From: Bryobacterales bacterium
GTDB lineage: Bacteria > Acidobacteriota > Terriglobia > Bryobacterales > Bryobacteraceae
Direction of reading: 5' to 3'
Length of the DNA stretch: 54,572 nt
NCBI GenBank assembly: GCA_043785065.1
Contig: JAYVXT010000108.1
Coordinates: 1-54,572 of the forward strand
Part shown: positions 35,406 through 43,940 of the stretch, one piece after another
How the letters are laid out: the number at the start of each line of letters is the position of its first letter
Position numbering within the stretch: position 1 is the first letter of the stretch
Translations under genes and position numbers: made by a program
The notes under the pieces: model-generated
Seen by the model: only the letters and a program-made list of their open reading frames with translations
What the model was told of the DNA's origin: nothing
Database searches by the model: none

Positions 35406-37277
35406 CTATTTCACCCAGAAGATTCCCAAGGCCGCGGCAATTGCGGCAACGATCACCAATGCGTAAGACTGTACAAAGCCGGTTTGTACAATACGCGCGG
35501 GAAAGCTGGCGAACATTGTGACAAAGCCGGTGATGCGAACAAGGCCGTCCACAATCCAGGTGTCGCCCCAAATAGATGCCCGCGATACAAAGCGCGTGAC
35601 AAGGCCAGCCCCATTGATGCCGCCGTCCACGATGCGGCGGTCGAACGACCCCAGATACGCCCCGCCCTTCATGCCTACTCCGCGAACGAATACGAAGTCA
35701 TAAATGTCATCGAAGTACCACTTGTTTTGCGCGAATTTAGTAAGTGGGCCAAGTGGTCCGCTGGATGCATGGAAGTAACGGGCCAGCAATATGCCGGTAA
35801 ATGCGGCAAAGACCGAAGCGGCCATCAACACGTGTTTTAGACCAACGTCCGGCGAATGGTGCGAGTGCAGTACAGGGTCAAGCCAGCGTTCCAATTGAGC
35901 GGCATAATAACTGCAACCACCGCAACCAAGAGCAAGGACCACTAACGGCGCCGTCATCACCAGATGCGATTCATGCGCGTGGACCTTTGTGCGCTTTTCA
36001 CCGAAAAAAGTAAGGAACATCAGCCGCCACATATAGAATGCCGTCAGAGCGGCGGTAATCAGGCCGACCGCAAACACACCATTGAAATTGAGGTAGGCAT
36101 AAAACAAAATTTCATCTTTCGAAAAAAAACCAGCCATGCCGGGAACGCCGGCGATTGCCAAAGCGGCTACAACCATGGTCCAAAAGGTGATGGGCATCTC
36201 GCTTCGCAGCCCACCCATTTTTCGCATGTCCTGCTCGCCGTTCAGGCCATGAATCACTGAGCCCGCTCCCAAAAACAGGAGCGCTTTGAAGAAGGCGTGC
36301 GTCATCAAATGAAACACCGCCACCCAATAGGCGCCTGCGCCGGCCGCCATGAACATGAAGCCAAGTTGGCTTACCGTGGAATAAGCCAGTACTCGTTTAA
36401 TATCGGTCTGCACAATGGCGATGGTCGCGGCCATGATGGCGGTGGCCGCGCCAATCCAAGCGATCGCGGTGCTTACTTCCGGAGCCAGCGAATAGATAGC
36501 GCTGGAGCGCGCCACCATGTAAACGCCGGCGGTCACCATGGTTGCTGCGTGGATCAAAGCGGAAACAGGTGTGGGGCCTTCCATCGCATCAGGCAGCCAA
36601 ACGAACAAAGGCAGTTGCGCCGATTTGCCGGTTGCGCCCAGGAACAACAGTGCGGCGGCGGCCGTCAGAAGTGGACTCGCGGTTAGTCCATGCAGATCGC
36701 GGAAAGCCACACTGCCATGCGTCATCGCCGCTACGCAAAACATGCCGAGGATAAAACCAGCATCGCCCACACGATTAAACAGAAATGCTTTCTTCGCCGC
36801 GTCGCCCGCCGATTTCTTGTTGAAGTAAAAGCCGATCAGTAAGTAACTGGCCAGCCCCACGCCCTCCCATCCGGCGAATAAAAGAACATAGTTATTGGCC
36901 AGCACCAGAATCAGCATGAAGAATATAAACAGATTCAGATAGCCGAAGAAGCGATAGTAGCCGCCCTCGTGATCCATGTAACCGGTGGCGTACACGTGAA
37001 TCAAAAAGCCGATCCCGGTGATGATCAGGATCATCACCGAACTAAGCGGATCAAGCAGGAAACCCCAATCCACCTTGGGCAGCCATTCGTACAAAATCAC
37101 TTCATGCGGCTTGCCGCCAGATTCCACCACCGCGCCCAAACTTAACAAGAAGGCCGCGAATATCGTGCCGGGCGCAATGATTTTTATCAGCGGCTTAGGT
37201 AATATGCGGCCCAGCAAAAGCAGCACCGCCGCGCCACCAAGCGGGATAAGTGGAATCAGCCAAATAAGATTTACCAT
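35406..37277 (-). CDS. nuoL: NADH-quinone oxidoreductase subunit L
   Basis: 623 aa with GKSAQLPLFVWLPDAMEGPTPVSALIHAATMVTAGVY and a long C-terminal extension with terminal TM helices, typical of NuoL. Confidence 0.92.
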   Translation of the reverse strand: MVNLIWLIPLIPLGGAAVLLLLGRILPKPLIKIIAPGTIFAAFLLSLGAVVESGGKPHEVILYEWLPKVDWGFLLDPLSSVMILIITGIGFLIHVYATGYMDHEGGYYRFFGYLNLFIFFMLILVLANNYVLLFAGWEGVGLASYLLIGFYFNKKSAGDAAKKAFLFNRVGDAGFILGMFCVAAMTHGSVAFRDLHGLTASPLLTAAAALLFLGATGKSAQLPLFVWLPDAMEGPTPVSALIHAATMVTAGVYMVARSSAIYSLAPEVSTAIAWIGAATAIMAATIAIVQTDIKRVLAYSTVSQLGFMFMAAGAGAYWVAVFHLMTHAFFKALLFLGAGSVIHGLNGEQDMRKMGGLRSEMPITFWTMVVAALAIAGVPGMAGFFSKDEILFYAYLNFNGVFAVGLITAALTAFYMWRLMFLTFFGEKRTKVHAHESHLVMTAPLVVLALGCGGCSYYAAQLERWLDPVLHSHHSPDVGLKHVLMAASVFAAFTGILLARYFHASSGPLGPLTKFAQNKWYFDDIYDFVFVRGVGMKGGAYLGSFDRRIVDGGINGAGLVTRFVSRASIWGDTWIVDGLVRITGFVTMFASFPARIVQTGFVQSYALVIVAAIAAALGIFWVK

Positions 37278-37573
37278 TTCAGCAAATCCACTTCGTCGGC
37301 TTGCACGCTTCCCTTGTTGCGGAACAGCGCGATCAAAACGCCGAGACCCACAGCCGCCTCAGCCACCGCCACGGCTATCACAAAAATGGCGAACACTTGA
37401 CCAGTCACTTGGTTGTGATACTTCGAGAAGGCAATAAGATTGACGTTCACCGCATTGAGGATCAACTCAATCGACATGAGGATCACAACAATGTTGCGGC
37501 GCGTCAACACACCCAATGCGCCAATCAACAGCAGCGCCGCCGATACCGCCAAATAGTGGTTGATGGTGATCAT
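37271..37573 (-). CDS. nuoK: NADH-quinone oxidoreductase subunit K
   Basis: 100 aa and 3 TM helices, with LMSIELILNAVNVNLIAF. Confidence 0.92.
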   Translation of the reverse strand: MITINHYLAVSAALLLIGALGVLTRRNIVVILMSIELILNAVNVNLIAFSKYHNQVTGQVFAIFVIAVAVAEAAVGLGVLIALFRNKGSVQADEVDLLKW

Positions 37574-38079
37574 CGCGTGCCGCCTTTGCCCGCCATCAGC
37601 ACCGACCCGACAACCGCCACAAGCAACAGGACGGACGCAACTTCAAACGGCAGCAAGTAACTGGTGAATAATAAATCGGCCACGTTCTCCGTATTGCCTC
37701 CGGTGATCGCCGTTGCGGATGCGGGAGGGGGCAACGTGGCAAATCCTTTGGAAAGGAATGCATAAAACGCGCCGGCCGAACCCAAAATAGCCAAAACAGC
37801 CACTGGCGTTTGCCCGTTGAACTGTTTCAATTTAGCCGCCTGATCCAAATTCACCAGCATGATCACAAACAGGAAAAGCACCATGATGCCGCCGATGTAC
37901 AACACGATTTGCACCGCGAACAGGAACTCGGCGCCCTGCATTAAATAGAGACCGGCAACTCCCAATAGCGAGGTCATCAATGCCAGCGAACAATGCACGG
38001 CGGAACGCAACAATACCGTACCCAGCGCTCCTAAGATCGCCAGCGCAGCAAACGCGTAGAAGAAAACGGAGTCGCCCAT
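37570..38079 (-). CDS. nuoJ: NADH-quinone oxidoreductase subunit J
   Basis: 169-aa hydrophobic protein starting FFYAFAALAILGALGTVLLRSAVHCSLALM...AEFLFAVQIVLYIGGIMVLFLFVIMLV. The position and size fit NuoJ. Confidence 0.88.
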   Translation of the reverse strand: MGDSVFFYAFAALAILGALGTVLLRSAVHCSLALMTSLLGVAGLYLMQGAEFLFAVQIVLYIGGIMVLFLFVIMLVNLDQAAKLKQFNGQTPVAVLAILGSAGAFYAFLSKGFATLPPPASATAITGGNTENVADLLFTSYLLPFEVASVLLLVAVVGSVLMAGKGGTR

Positions 38080-38534
38080 TATGACTTGTACTTGACCGGG
38101 TACGGTCCTTCCTCAAGCATCCTGCGATCCCAAATTTGGCCTTCGCGGGTATAGCTGGCCAGCTCGAAATCCTGCGTTAATTCCAGCGCATCCACCGGGC
38201 ACGCGTCTTCGCAAAGTCCGCAGAACATGCAGCGCGATGTGTCGTAGATGAAGGTCGTCAAATCCTTGCGTTTCGTTTCCGGGTTGCGATCCCATCCGAC
38301 AACAATCAAATTCTCAGGGCAGGCAATGGCGCACAGATTACACGAAATGCACAGCGTTTCGTTGTTTTCAGGATTGATATTCAGCCGTGGGGCGCCTCGA
38401 TACCGCTCGGCGATATGCGGGCGTTCGGCCGGATACTGCTCCGTATAGATGTACTTCGGGTTCTGATTCCGGAAGGTCACCCACAGGCCTTCCAGGAAAT
38501 CTATCAGAAAGAATCGGCGGAATAGCTTTTTCAT
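38079..38534 (-). CDS. nuoI: NADH-quinone oxidoreductase subunit I (2x[4Fe-4S])
   Basis: Start at ATG 38532-38534 (MKKLFRRFF) overlaps the nuoD stop (ATGA). It has [12 protein letters not shown] and [12 protein letters not shown]. Confidence 0.92.
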   Translation of the reverse strand: MKKLFRRFFLIDFLEGLWVTFRNQNPKYIYTEQYPAERPHIAERYRGAPRLNINPENNETLCISCNLCAIACPENLIVVGWDRNPETKRKDLTTFIYDTSRCMFCGLCEDACPVDALELTQDFELASYTREGQIWDRRMLEEGPYPVKYKS

Positions 38535-39646
38535 CGGTCCACCTCCCCCAACACAATATCGATGGTGCCAATAATCGCCACTACGTCTGCCACCAGCACG
38601 CCCTTGCACATCGCATCTAACGACTGAAGATTCACGAGCGACGGCGGACGCACGCGCAGACGGTAAGGATTGAGCGTACCATCGCTCACAATAAAATATC
38701 CTAGTTCGCCCTTCGGCGACTCAATGGAAACATACGCCTCACCAATGGCGGGCTTGAATACTTTGGGGAACTTGGCCATGACCGGACCCGTGGGAATCTT
38801 CGCCACCGCTTGTTGAATGATACGAACCGATTGGCGCATCTCAGCCATTCGGACCACGTAACGATCAAAGCAATCCCCGTTGACTCGCGTGGGAACTTCA
38901 AACTCGTACTGTTCGTAACCGCAGTACGGCTGCAACTTTCGAAGATCGGCCGGCACACCCGCGGCTCGAATCATTGGCCCACTTACTCCATATCGTTTGC
39001 AATTTTCGGCGTTCAAAATGCCGACGCCCGTGAGCCGTTCCACCCAGATGCGATTGCCGGTGAGCAGTTCCTCATACTCGTCAATCTTGCCGGGCAAATC
39101 GTCGCAAAACTTTTTAACTTGCTCTTCAAAACCGTCGTAGAGCTCGTACTGCAGTCCGCCAATCCGGAAGGCATGTGTAGTTAGGCGCGCCCCGCAGTAG
39201 TTCTCAAAAATCTTAAGAACCTCTTCCCGTTCGCGCAGCGTGTAAAACAGCGGGGTAATCGCGCCAATGTCCAGCGCGTGGGTTCCTAGCCAAAACAGGT
39301 GGCTGGCGATGCGATTCAACTCCGTAAGAATCACGCGGACAGCTTGGGCTCTTGGCGGCGCTTCAATTCCACCCAGCTTTTCCACCGCCAGACAATAACC
39401 CAGCCCATTTGAAACCGCCGAAATGTAATCCATACGGTCCACATACGGGGCAAACATTTGGTAAGTGCGAGCCTCGGCGATTTTTTCCACGCCGCGGTGC
39501 AGATAGCCGATGACGCACTCAGTGCCGTTCACCTTTTCACCGTCCAACTTCAGGATGATGCGCAAAACGCCATGCGTCGACGGATGCTGCGGGCCCATGT
39601 TGAGCACCAGTTCATTGGAATCGAGAAATGTTTCCACCGCGCTCAT
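38531..39646 (-). CDS. nuoD: NADH-quinone oxidoreductase subunit D
   Basis: [14 protein letters not shown] near the N-terminus, 371 aa, with C-terminal DIVLGEVDR. Confidence 0.95.
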   Translation of the reverse strand: MSAVETFLDSNELVLNMGPQHPSTHGVLRIILKLDGEKVNGTECVIGYLHRGVEKIAEARTYQMFAPYVDRMDYISAVSNGLGYCLAVEKLGGIEAPPRAQAVRVILTELNRIASHLFWLGTHALDIGAITPLFYTLREREEVLKIFENYCGARLTTHAFRIGGLQYELYDGFEEQVKKFCDDLPGKIDEYEELLTGNRIWVERLTGVGILNAENCKRYGVSGPMIRAAGVPADLRKLQPYCGYEQYEFEVPTRVNGDCFDRYVVRMAEMRQSVRIIQQAVAKIPTGPVMAKFPKVFKPAIGEAYVSIESPKGELGYFIVSDGTLNPYRLRVRPPSLVNLQSLDAMCKGVLVADVVAIIGTIDIVLGEVDR

Positions 39647-40185
39647 TGGCCGCTCTCAATTCCCAGGTTGTCTTTCACCCAGCGGTTATCCATTTGGGTG
39701 ATGCCGTATTCCTTGCGCAGCGGGTGCCCGGTCCATTCTTCCGGCAGGAGAAGCCGCTTCATGTTGGGGTGACCGGCGAAGCGGATACCAAACATGTCGA
39801 AAACTTCACGCTCCATCCAATCGGCGCCCAGGAAAACAGAAGTGGCGGTTGGCGGCGTGTCCCCATCGGCGATGGAGGTTTTCACTCGGACGCGCTCATT
39901 GCGCGAATAGCTGTATAAGATGTAAAGCAGCTCGAACCGCGCGGGGCGTTTCGGATAGTCGATGACGGTCAGATCCACAAGATAATCGAAACCGGATTGC
40001 TTCAGGCTTTCGATAACCGGCAGAACGGCATCGGGCGGCGCGACGAAGAAGTTTTGGCCAACATAAGTGAGCGCTTGAATTGCTTTGCTTTCAAGCGCAT
40101 GACGGATAGTATAGGGAAGGTCGCCCTCCCAGTTGGAACAGGCCATCTCGGTTGTCGGCCCGGCGGGCTTAGTTTCTTCGGCCAT
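39643..40185 (-). CDS. nuoC: NADH-quinone oxidoreductase subunit C
   Basis: 180 aa with [29 protein letters not shown], the NuoC signature. It is the first gene of the cluster. Confidence 0.92.
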   Translation of the reverse strand: MAEETKPAGPTTEMACSNWEGDLPYTIRHALESKAIQALTYVGQNFFVAPPDAVLPVIESLKQSGFDYLVDLTVIDYPKRPARFELLYILYSYSRNERVRVKTSIADGDTPPTATSVFLGADWMEREVFDMFGIRFAGHPNMKRLLLPEEWTGHPLRKEYGITQMDNRWVKDNLGIESGQ

Positions 40186-40666
40186 TCAATTAAGGTGTCT
40201 ATATAAAGGATGACATAGCCGAGGGTCAGGACGCCAATCCGCCAGATCGAAGGCGGCAATCTTGATGGTGAATGGGGCTTTTAGTGATGTGGATAGCTCA
40301 GACGCCACTCCAGCGTTTCGCAAAGAAAGTTGCCGCGGTGCTGGCTGTACCGGTCAGTACCAAGCCTCTTCGTTTGTTCATTCGGATTTGCCATATGAGG
40401 TTGGGCCGCTATTGCAATTAAATTGCGGTGTAGCTTGGCGTAGCTAGGTCCATTGCAAGTAACAGCATGACTAGTCACCTCAGCCCGCTTAACCGCAACG
40501 GCTACATCCTTTGGAGTCTATTTTCAAATCCAATTCGATGTTAGTATCGAAATGTTCGCACTGTATGCCTTTCTTTTTGGGTTGGTGGACCGCTTGGAAC
40601 ACCAAGGCCGCAACAGGATTCTGGTGGGCCTTCAGGCATGCAGGTGTAAAACCCGCCAGGAAACAG

Positions 40667-40704
40667 AGCGAGGCGGATGTTGGGACTTTCGCCTCGCTTT
40701 TGTT
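40667..40704 (+). terminator. Intrinsic-terminator-like hairpin (AGCGAGGCG-N14-CGCCTCGCT followed by TTTTGTT), 17 nt upstream of the sseA start
   Basis: A 9-bp GC-rich stem (40667-40675 and 40690-40698) with a downstream T-tract. No convincing ORF ends here. Confidence 0.5.
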
Positions 40705-40720
40705 AACTTAGTTTTGAACA

Positions 40721-41539
40721 ATGCCCACTCCGTTAGTGACCGCCGCATGGCTGCTGCAACATCCCCCGGATCCGAACATTCGCGTGGTCGATACGCGATT
40801 TGTTTTGGGGAAACCTGATGCCGGACGCGAGGCTTTTGCCGCCGGCCACATTCCCGGAGCAGTGTTTGTAGACCTGGAACGCGACCTTAGCGCCCATCCT
40901 CACCCCGATCGCCGAGGTGGCAGGCACCCTTTGCCCACCATCATCAAGTTGGAAGAAACGTTGTCGAAGCTAGGAATTCTAAACGAACAACACGTGGTTG
41001 CCTATGACGACGGCGGCTTTTTCGCGGCGCATTTTTGGTGGCTGCTTCGCTACCTAGGGCATGACAGCGTGAGTATTCTCGATGGGGGACTACCGGCATG
41101 GACTGGGCCCCGGGAAACAGTAGCGCGGCACTATTCCGGACACTTCCACGCGAAGCCAAGAGCCGAAATGCTGGTGGATGCGAACTACGTCCAGAATCGG
41201 GGAAGCGCTTCAGTACTCATGGATTCCCGCGCGCCGGAACGATTTCGGGGGGAAGTGGAGCCCATCGATTTGAAGGCCGGACACATACCTGGAGCTATTA
41301 ACAAGGATTGGGCGAACGGCCTTGAGAACGGGCATTTTAAATCCAGCGAAGCGCAGGGTGATCGCTTCAAGGACGTGCGGAATGCCGGGGAAGTGATCGT
41401 CTATTGCGGAAGCGGCGTTAGCGCCGGAGCCAACATGCTGGCTCTGGAACTGGCGGGGATTCACGGCGCGAAGCTCTACGCGGGAAGCTGGTCGGATTGG
41501 GCTAGCGACGATACCAGGCCGATTGCCACGGGCTGCTAA
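40721..41539 (+). CDS. sseA: Two-domain rhodanese sulfurtransferase (3-mercaptopyruvate/thiosulfate type)
   Basis: 272 aa with LVTAAWLLQH...VVDTRF, GHIPGAVFVDL and GHIPGAINKDW. The active-site loop is VYCGSGVSAGANMLAL (CGSGV[ST]A type). Confidence 0.85.
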   Translation: MPTPLVTAAWLLQHPPDPNIRVVDTRFVLGKPDAGREAFAAGHIPGAVFVDLERDLSAHPHPDRRGGRHPLPTIIKLEETLSKLGILNEQHVVAYDDGGFFAAHFWWLLRYLGHDSVSILDGGLPAWTGPRETVARHYSGHFHAKPRAEMLVDANYVQNRGSASVLMDSRAPERFRGEVEPIDLKAGHIPGAINKDWANGLENGHFKSSEAQGDRFKDVRNAGEVIVYCGSGVSAGANMLALELAGIHGAKLYAGSWSDWASDDTRPIATGC

Positions 41540-41603
41540 GTTCCGAAAGTATTGTGAGAAAATTGAAAGGTTCCAATTCCTCATCCTTGGAGATCCTTAC
41601 CTC

Positions 41604-42875
41604 TTGAAGATCCTCGTAGTTGGCTCTGGTGGCCGTGAGCATGCCTTTGCCTGGCGCTTGGCCCAAAGCCCTTCCGTCAGCAAAGTTTTCGCGGCGCCCG
41701 GTAACGCCGGCATTTCGGCGAATGCCGAATGCGTTCCCCTGACGGATTCTTCCCCCGCCGGTTATTTGGCGCTGGCTAAGTCGCTTGGAGTTGACCTTAC
41801 CGTGGTCGGTCCGGAGGCGCCATTGGTGGCGGGCATTGCCGATGCGTTTCTGGCGGATGGCCAGCTTATCGTTGGACCGACGGCGGCTGCGGCAAGCATG
41901 GAGGGCTCGAAGAGCTATTCCAAACAGGTGATGGCTGAAGGCGGCGTACCCACGGCGCGATACGTCGAAGTTAGTACTTACGATGATGCTTTGAAGGCTC
42001 TGCATCAGTTCCCTTATCCGGTAGTGATCAAAGCGGATGGCCTTGCGGCGGGGAAAGGCGTGGTGATTGCCGAAGATAGGGCGATTGCACTTGAAACGAT
42101 CAGCCAGTTTCTGGCGGGTTCGCTGGGCGATGCGGGGAAGAAGATTGTTATTGAAGAATTCCTGGTTGGCGAAGAAGTCAGTTACATTGTTCTGACCGAT
42201 GGCGAATCGATCCTCGCCACCGAACCTGCGCAGGATCATAAGACGATTTTCGATGGTGACAAGGGTCCGAACACCGGCGGCATGGGTGCGTACTGCGATT
42301 CGCGGATTCTGACGGCGGCGCAGCGTTCGGAGGTGATCGGCAAAATCATTGAACCAACGCTTAGCGTTTTGCGGCGGCGGGGAACTCCGTTCTCAGGGTT
42401 TCTGTTCGCCGGCCTAATGATGACCGCCGATGGGCCGAAGACGCTGGAGTTCAATTGCCGTTTTGGCGATCCGGAAACGCAGCCCATCCTTTGCAGAATG
42501 AATGGCGATTTCGGCGAAGTGCTGCTGGCGTTGGCCCAAAAGCGCCTCGGTGAAGTTAAGGTCGATTGGACACCGGAACCATCGATCTGCCTTGTGCTGG
42601 CTGCGGCCGGCTATCCGGGCAAAGTGCGAACAGGCGATGTGATTACGGGATTCGCCGAAGCCGAGGCCGAAGGGTCTAAGGTTTTTCATGCGGGGACGAA
42701 GCGGGTGGGAAGTGACATCGTGACAGCGGGTGGCCGGGTGTTGGGTGTGACGGCAAGCGGAGCAACATTGCAATCGGCTATCGATCACGCTTACAAGGCG
42801 GCATCGCACTTGCGATTCGAGGGTATGCAAATGCGGAGCGACATTGGGCGGAAGGGCCTTCAGCGCTGGGCGTAA
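41604..42875 (+). CDS. purD: Phosphoribosylamine--glycine ligase
   Basis: (L)[22 protein letters not shown]... the ATP-grasp core ...[10 protein letters not shown]...[12 protein letters not shown] placed the start at TTG 41604, with GGAG 11 nt upstream. The upstream in-frame ATG 41523 would overlap sseA and add a non-homologous 27 aa. Confidence 0.9.
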   Translation: MKILVVGSGGREHAFAWRLAQSPSVSKVFAAPGNAGISANAECVPLTDSSPAGYLALAKSLGVDLTVVGPEAPLVAGIADAFLADGQLIVGPTAAAASMEGSKSYSKQVMAEGGVPTARYVEVSTYDDALKALHQFPYPVVIKADGLAAGKGVVIAEDRAIALETISQFLAGSLGDAGKKIVIEEFLVGEEVSYIVLTDGESILATEPAQDHKTIFDGDKGPNTGGMGAYCDSRILTAAQRSEVIGKIIEPTLSVLRRRGTPFSGFLFAGLMMTADGPKTLEFNCRFGDPETQPILCRMNGDFGEVLLALAQKRLGEVKVDWTPEPSICLVLAAAGYPGKVRTGDVITGFAEAEAEGSKVFHAGTKRVGSDIVTAGGRVLGVTASGATLQSAIDHAYKAASHLRFEGMQMRSDIGRKGLQRWA

Positions 42876-43037
42876 GAAGGCGCTATTCTTCAGGTATGGA
42901 TTGGTTCCAAGTAGTTTGCATCATCTTTGCCGTGGTCATCATCGCCCGCACACAGAAAGGCGGAGGTTGAGGACCTAAACCTTCCGGTCGTGGGCCGGGT
43001 TGCTCCTAGGACTAAGATAACGATAACCGACCCTGGT

Positions 43038-43940
43038 ATGATTTGGATACACTTTCAAGAAGGTTCCAATTTGTTCCGCTTAAAATTACCCGTCATAGCG
43101 CTTGCTACGCTTGCAAGCTTCTCCTCAATTCAAGCATTTGCACAGGGCCCTCCCGCAGGAGGAAATCGTCAAGCTCCGGCTGCGCCGCGTGCGCGCCCTA
43201 ACGCTTTCCCGACCGATCGGCCGCCGGCGGATGCCGCAACAGTTGGTCGTGGCAAGGCGCTTTATGGCGTTCATTGCAACTTCTGCCACGGCTCCGATGC
43301 GCGTGGTGGTGAGGGCGGGCCGAACCTGCTGCGGACAGAGATCCTATTAAAGGACATGAAAGGCGAGTTGCTGCTGCCGGTAGTGCAGAACGGCAAGGGC
43401 GAAATGCCTCCTTTCAATTTGAACGAAATACAAGTGGCCGACATCGCCGGATTCCTTCATAACTTCCCGGTGGCTGGTTATGACCTTTCGCGAAATACGC
43501 CGCTTAGCATTTTGGTGGGTGATGCGAATGCGGGCAAGGCCTATTTCGCAAAGACGTGCGCGAAGTGCCATTCCACGTCCGGCGACTTGAAGGGACTTGG
43601 GGCGAAGTTTAGCGATCCGAAACAACTGCAGCAATATTGGCTGATGCCAGGCGGCGGTCGTGGCGGATTTGGTGGAGGCCCCGCTGCTCCTTCGCGCCTG
43701 AAGCCGGTGACGGTGGCGGTAACCACTGGCTTGGGAGTAGTGGAAGGACGGCTGATCCGTATCGATGATTTCCTTGTGGTGCTGGCGCAAGCGGATGGCT
43801 CCCAGCGTACCTTTACTCGTAATGGGGATGCTCCCAAGGTTGTAGTGAATGAGCCCTTGAAACCCCATAAAGAATTGTTACGGGTTTATTCGGATGATGA
43901 TATTCACAACGTAACTTCTTACTTGTCGGGGGTGAAATGA
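43038..43940 (+). CDS. Exported dihaem c-type cytochrome with C-terminal beta-rich domain (probable electron acceptor of the adjacent quinoprotein)
   Basis: Two CXXCH motifs (CNFCH, CAKCH), each in a class-I cytochrome c context (GKALYGVHCNFCHG; GKAYFAKTCAKCHS). The signal-like region is LKLPVIALATLASFSSIQAFAQ. Its stop overlaps the start of the next gene. The start codon is uncertain (43038 ATG, or TTG 42927 upstream). Confidence 0.8.
   Translation: MIWIHFQEGSNLFRLKLPVIALATLASFSSIQAFAQGPPAGGNRQAPAAPRARPNAFPTDRPPADAATVGRGKALYGVHCNFCHGSDARGGEGGPNLLRTEILLKDMKGELLLPVVQNGKGEMPPFNLNEIQVADIAGFLHNFPVAGYDLSRNTPLSILVGDANAGKAYFAKTCAKCHSTSGDLKGLGAKFSDPKQLQQYWLMPGGGRGGFGGGPAAPSRLKPVTVAVTTGLGVVEGRLIRIDDFLVVLAQADGSQRTFTRNGDAPKVVVNEPLKPHKELLRVYSDDDIHNVTSYLSGVK

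Noticed and set aside
40291-40303. tRNA-like D-arm string GGATAGCTCAGAC.
   Set aside because: There is no matching acceptor stem, no anticodon arm and no GTTCGAATC-type T-loop in the following 80 nt on either strand.
40450-40720. ZTP (pfl) or purine riboswitch upstream of purD/sseA.
   Set aside because: I could not find the conserved ACUGGCG / CCGCCUGGGC elements of the ZTP motif; only CCGCCAGGAAAC is present. The purine-riboswitch three-way junction sequence is also absent. It is kept only as an unclassified leader or terminator.
40552-40818. The ORF starting MFALYAFLFGLVDRLEHQGRNRILVGLQACRCKT vaguely recalls an Arf/Sar-type small GTPase N-terminus and P-loop.
   Set aside because: The resemblance covers about 15 residues and needs several substitutions in the GxxxxGK[ST] loop. 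The ORF also runs through the terminator hairpin and into sseA out of frame. This is most likely chance.
41523-41603. The upstream ATG start for purD, overlapping sseA by 17 nt.
   Set aside because: The added 27 aa ([27 protein letters not shown]) have no counterpart in PurD, which normally begins directly at the (M)[13 protein letters not shown] strand. TTG 41604 with an upstream GGAG fits better.
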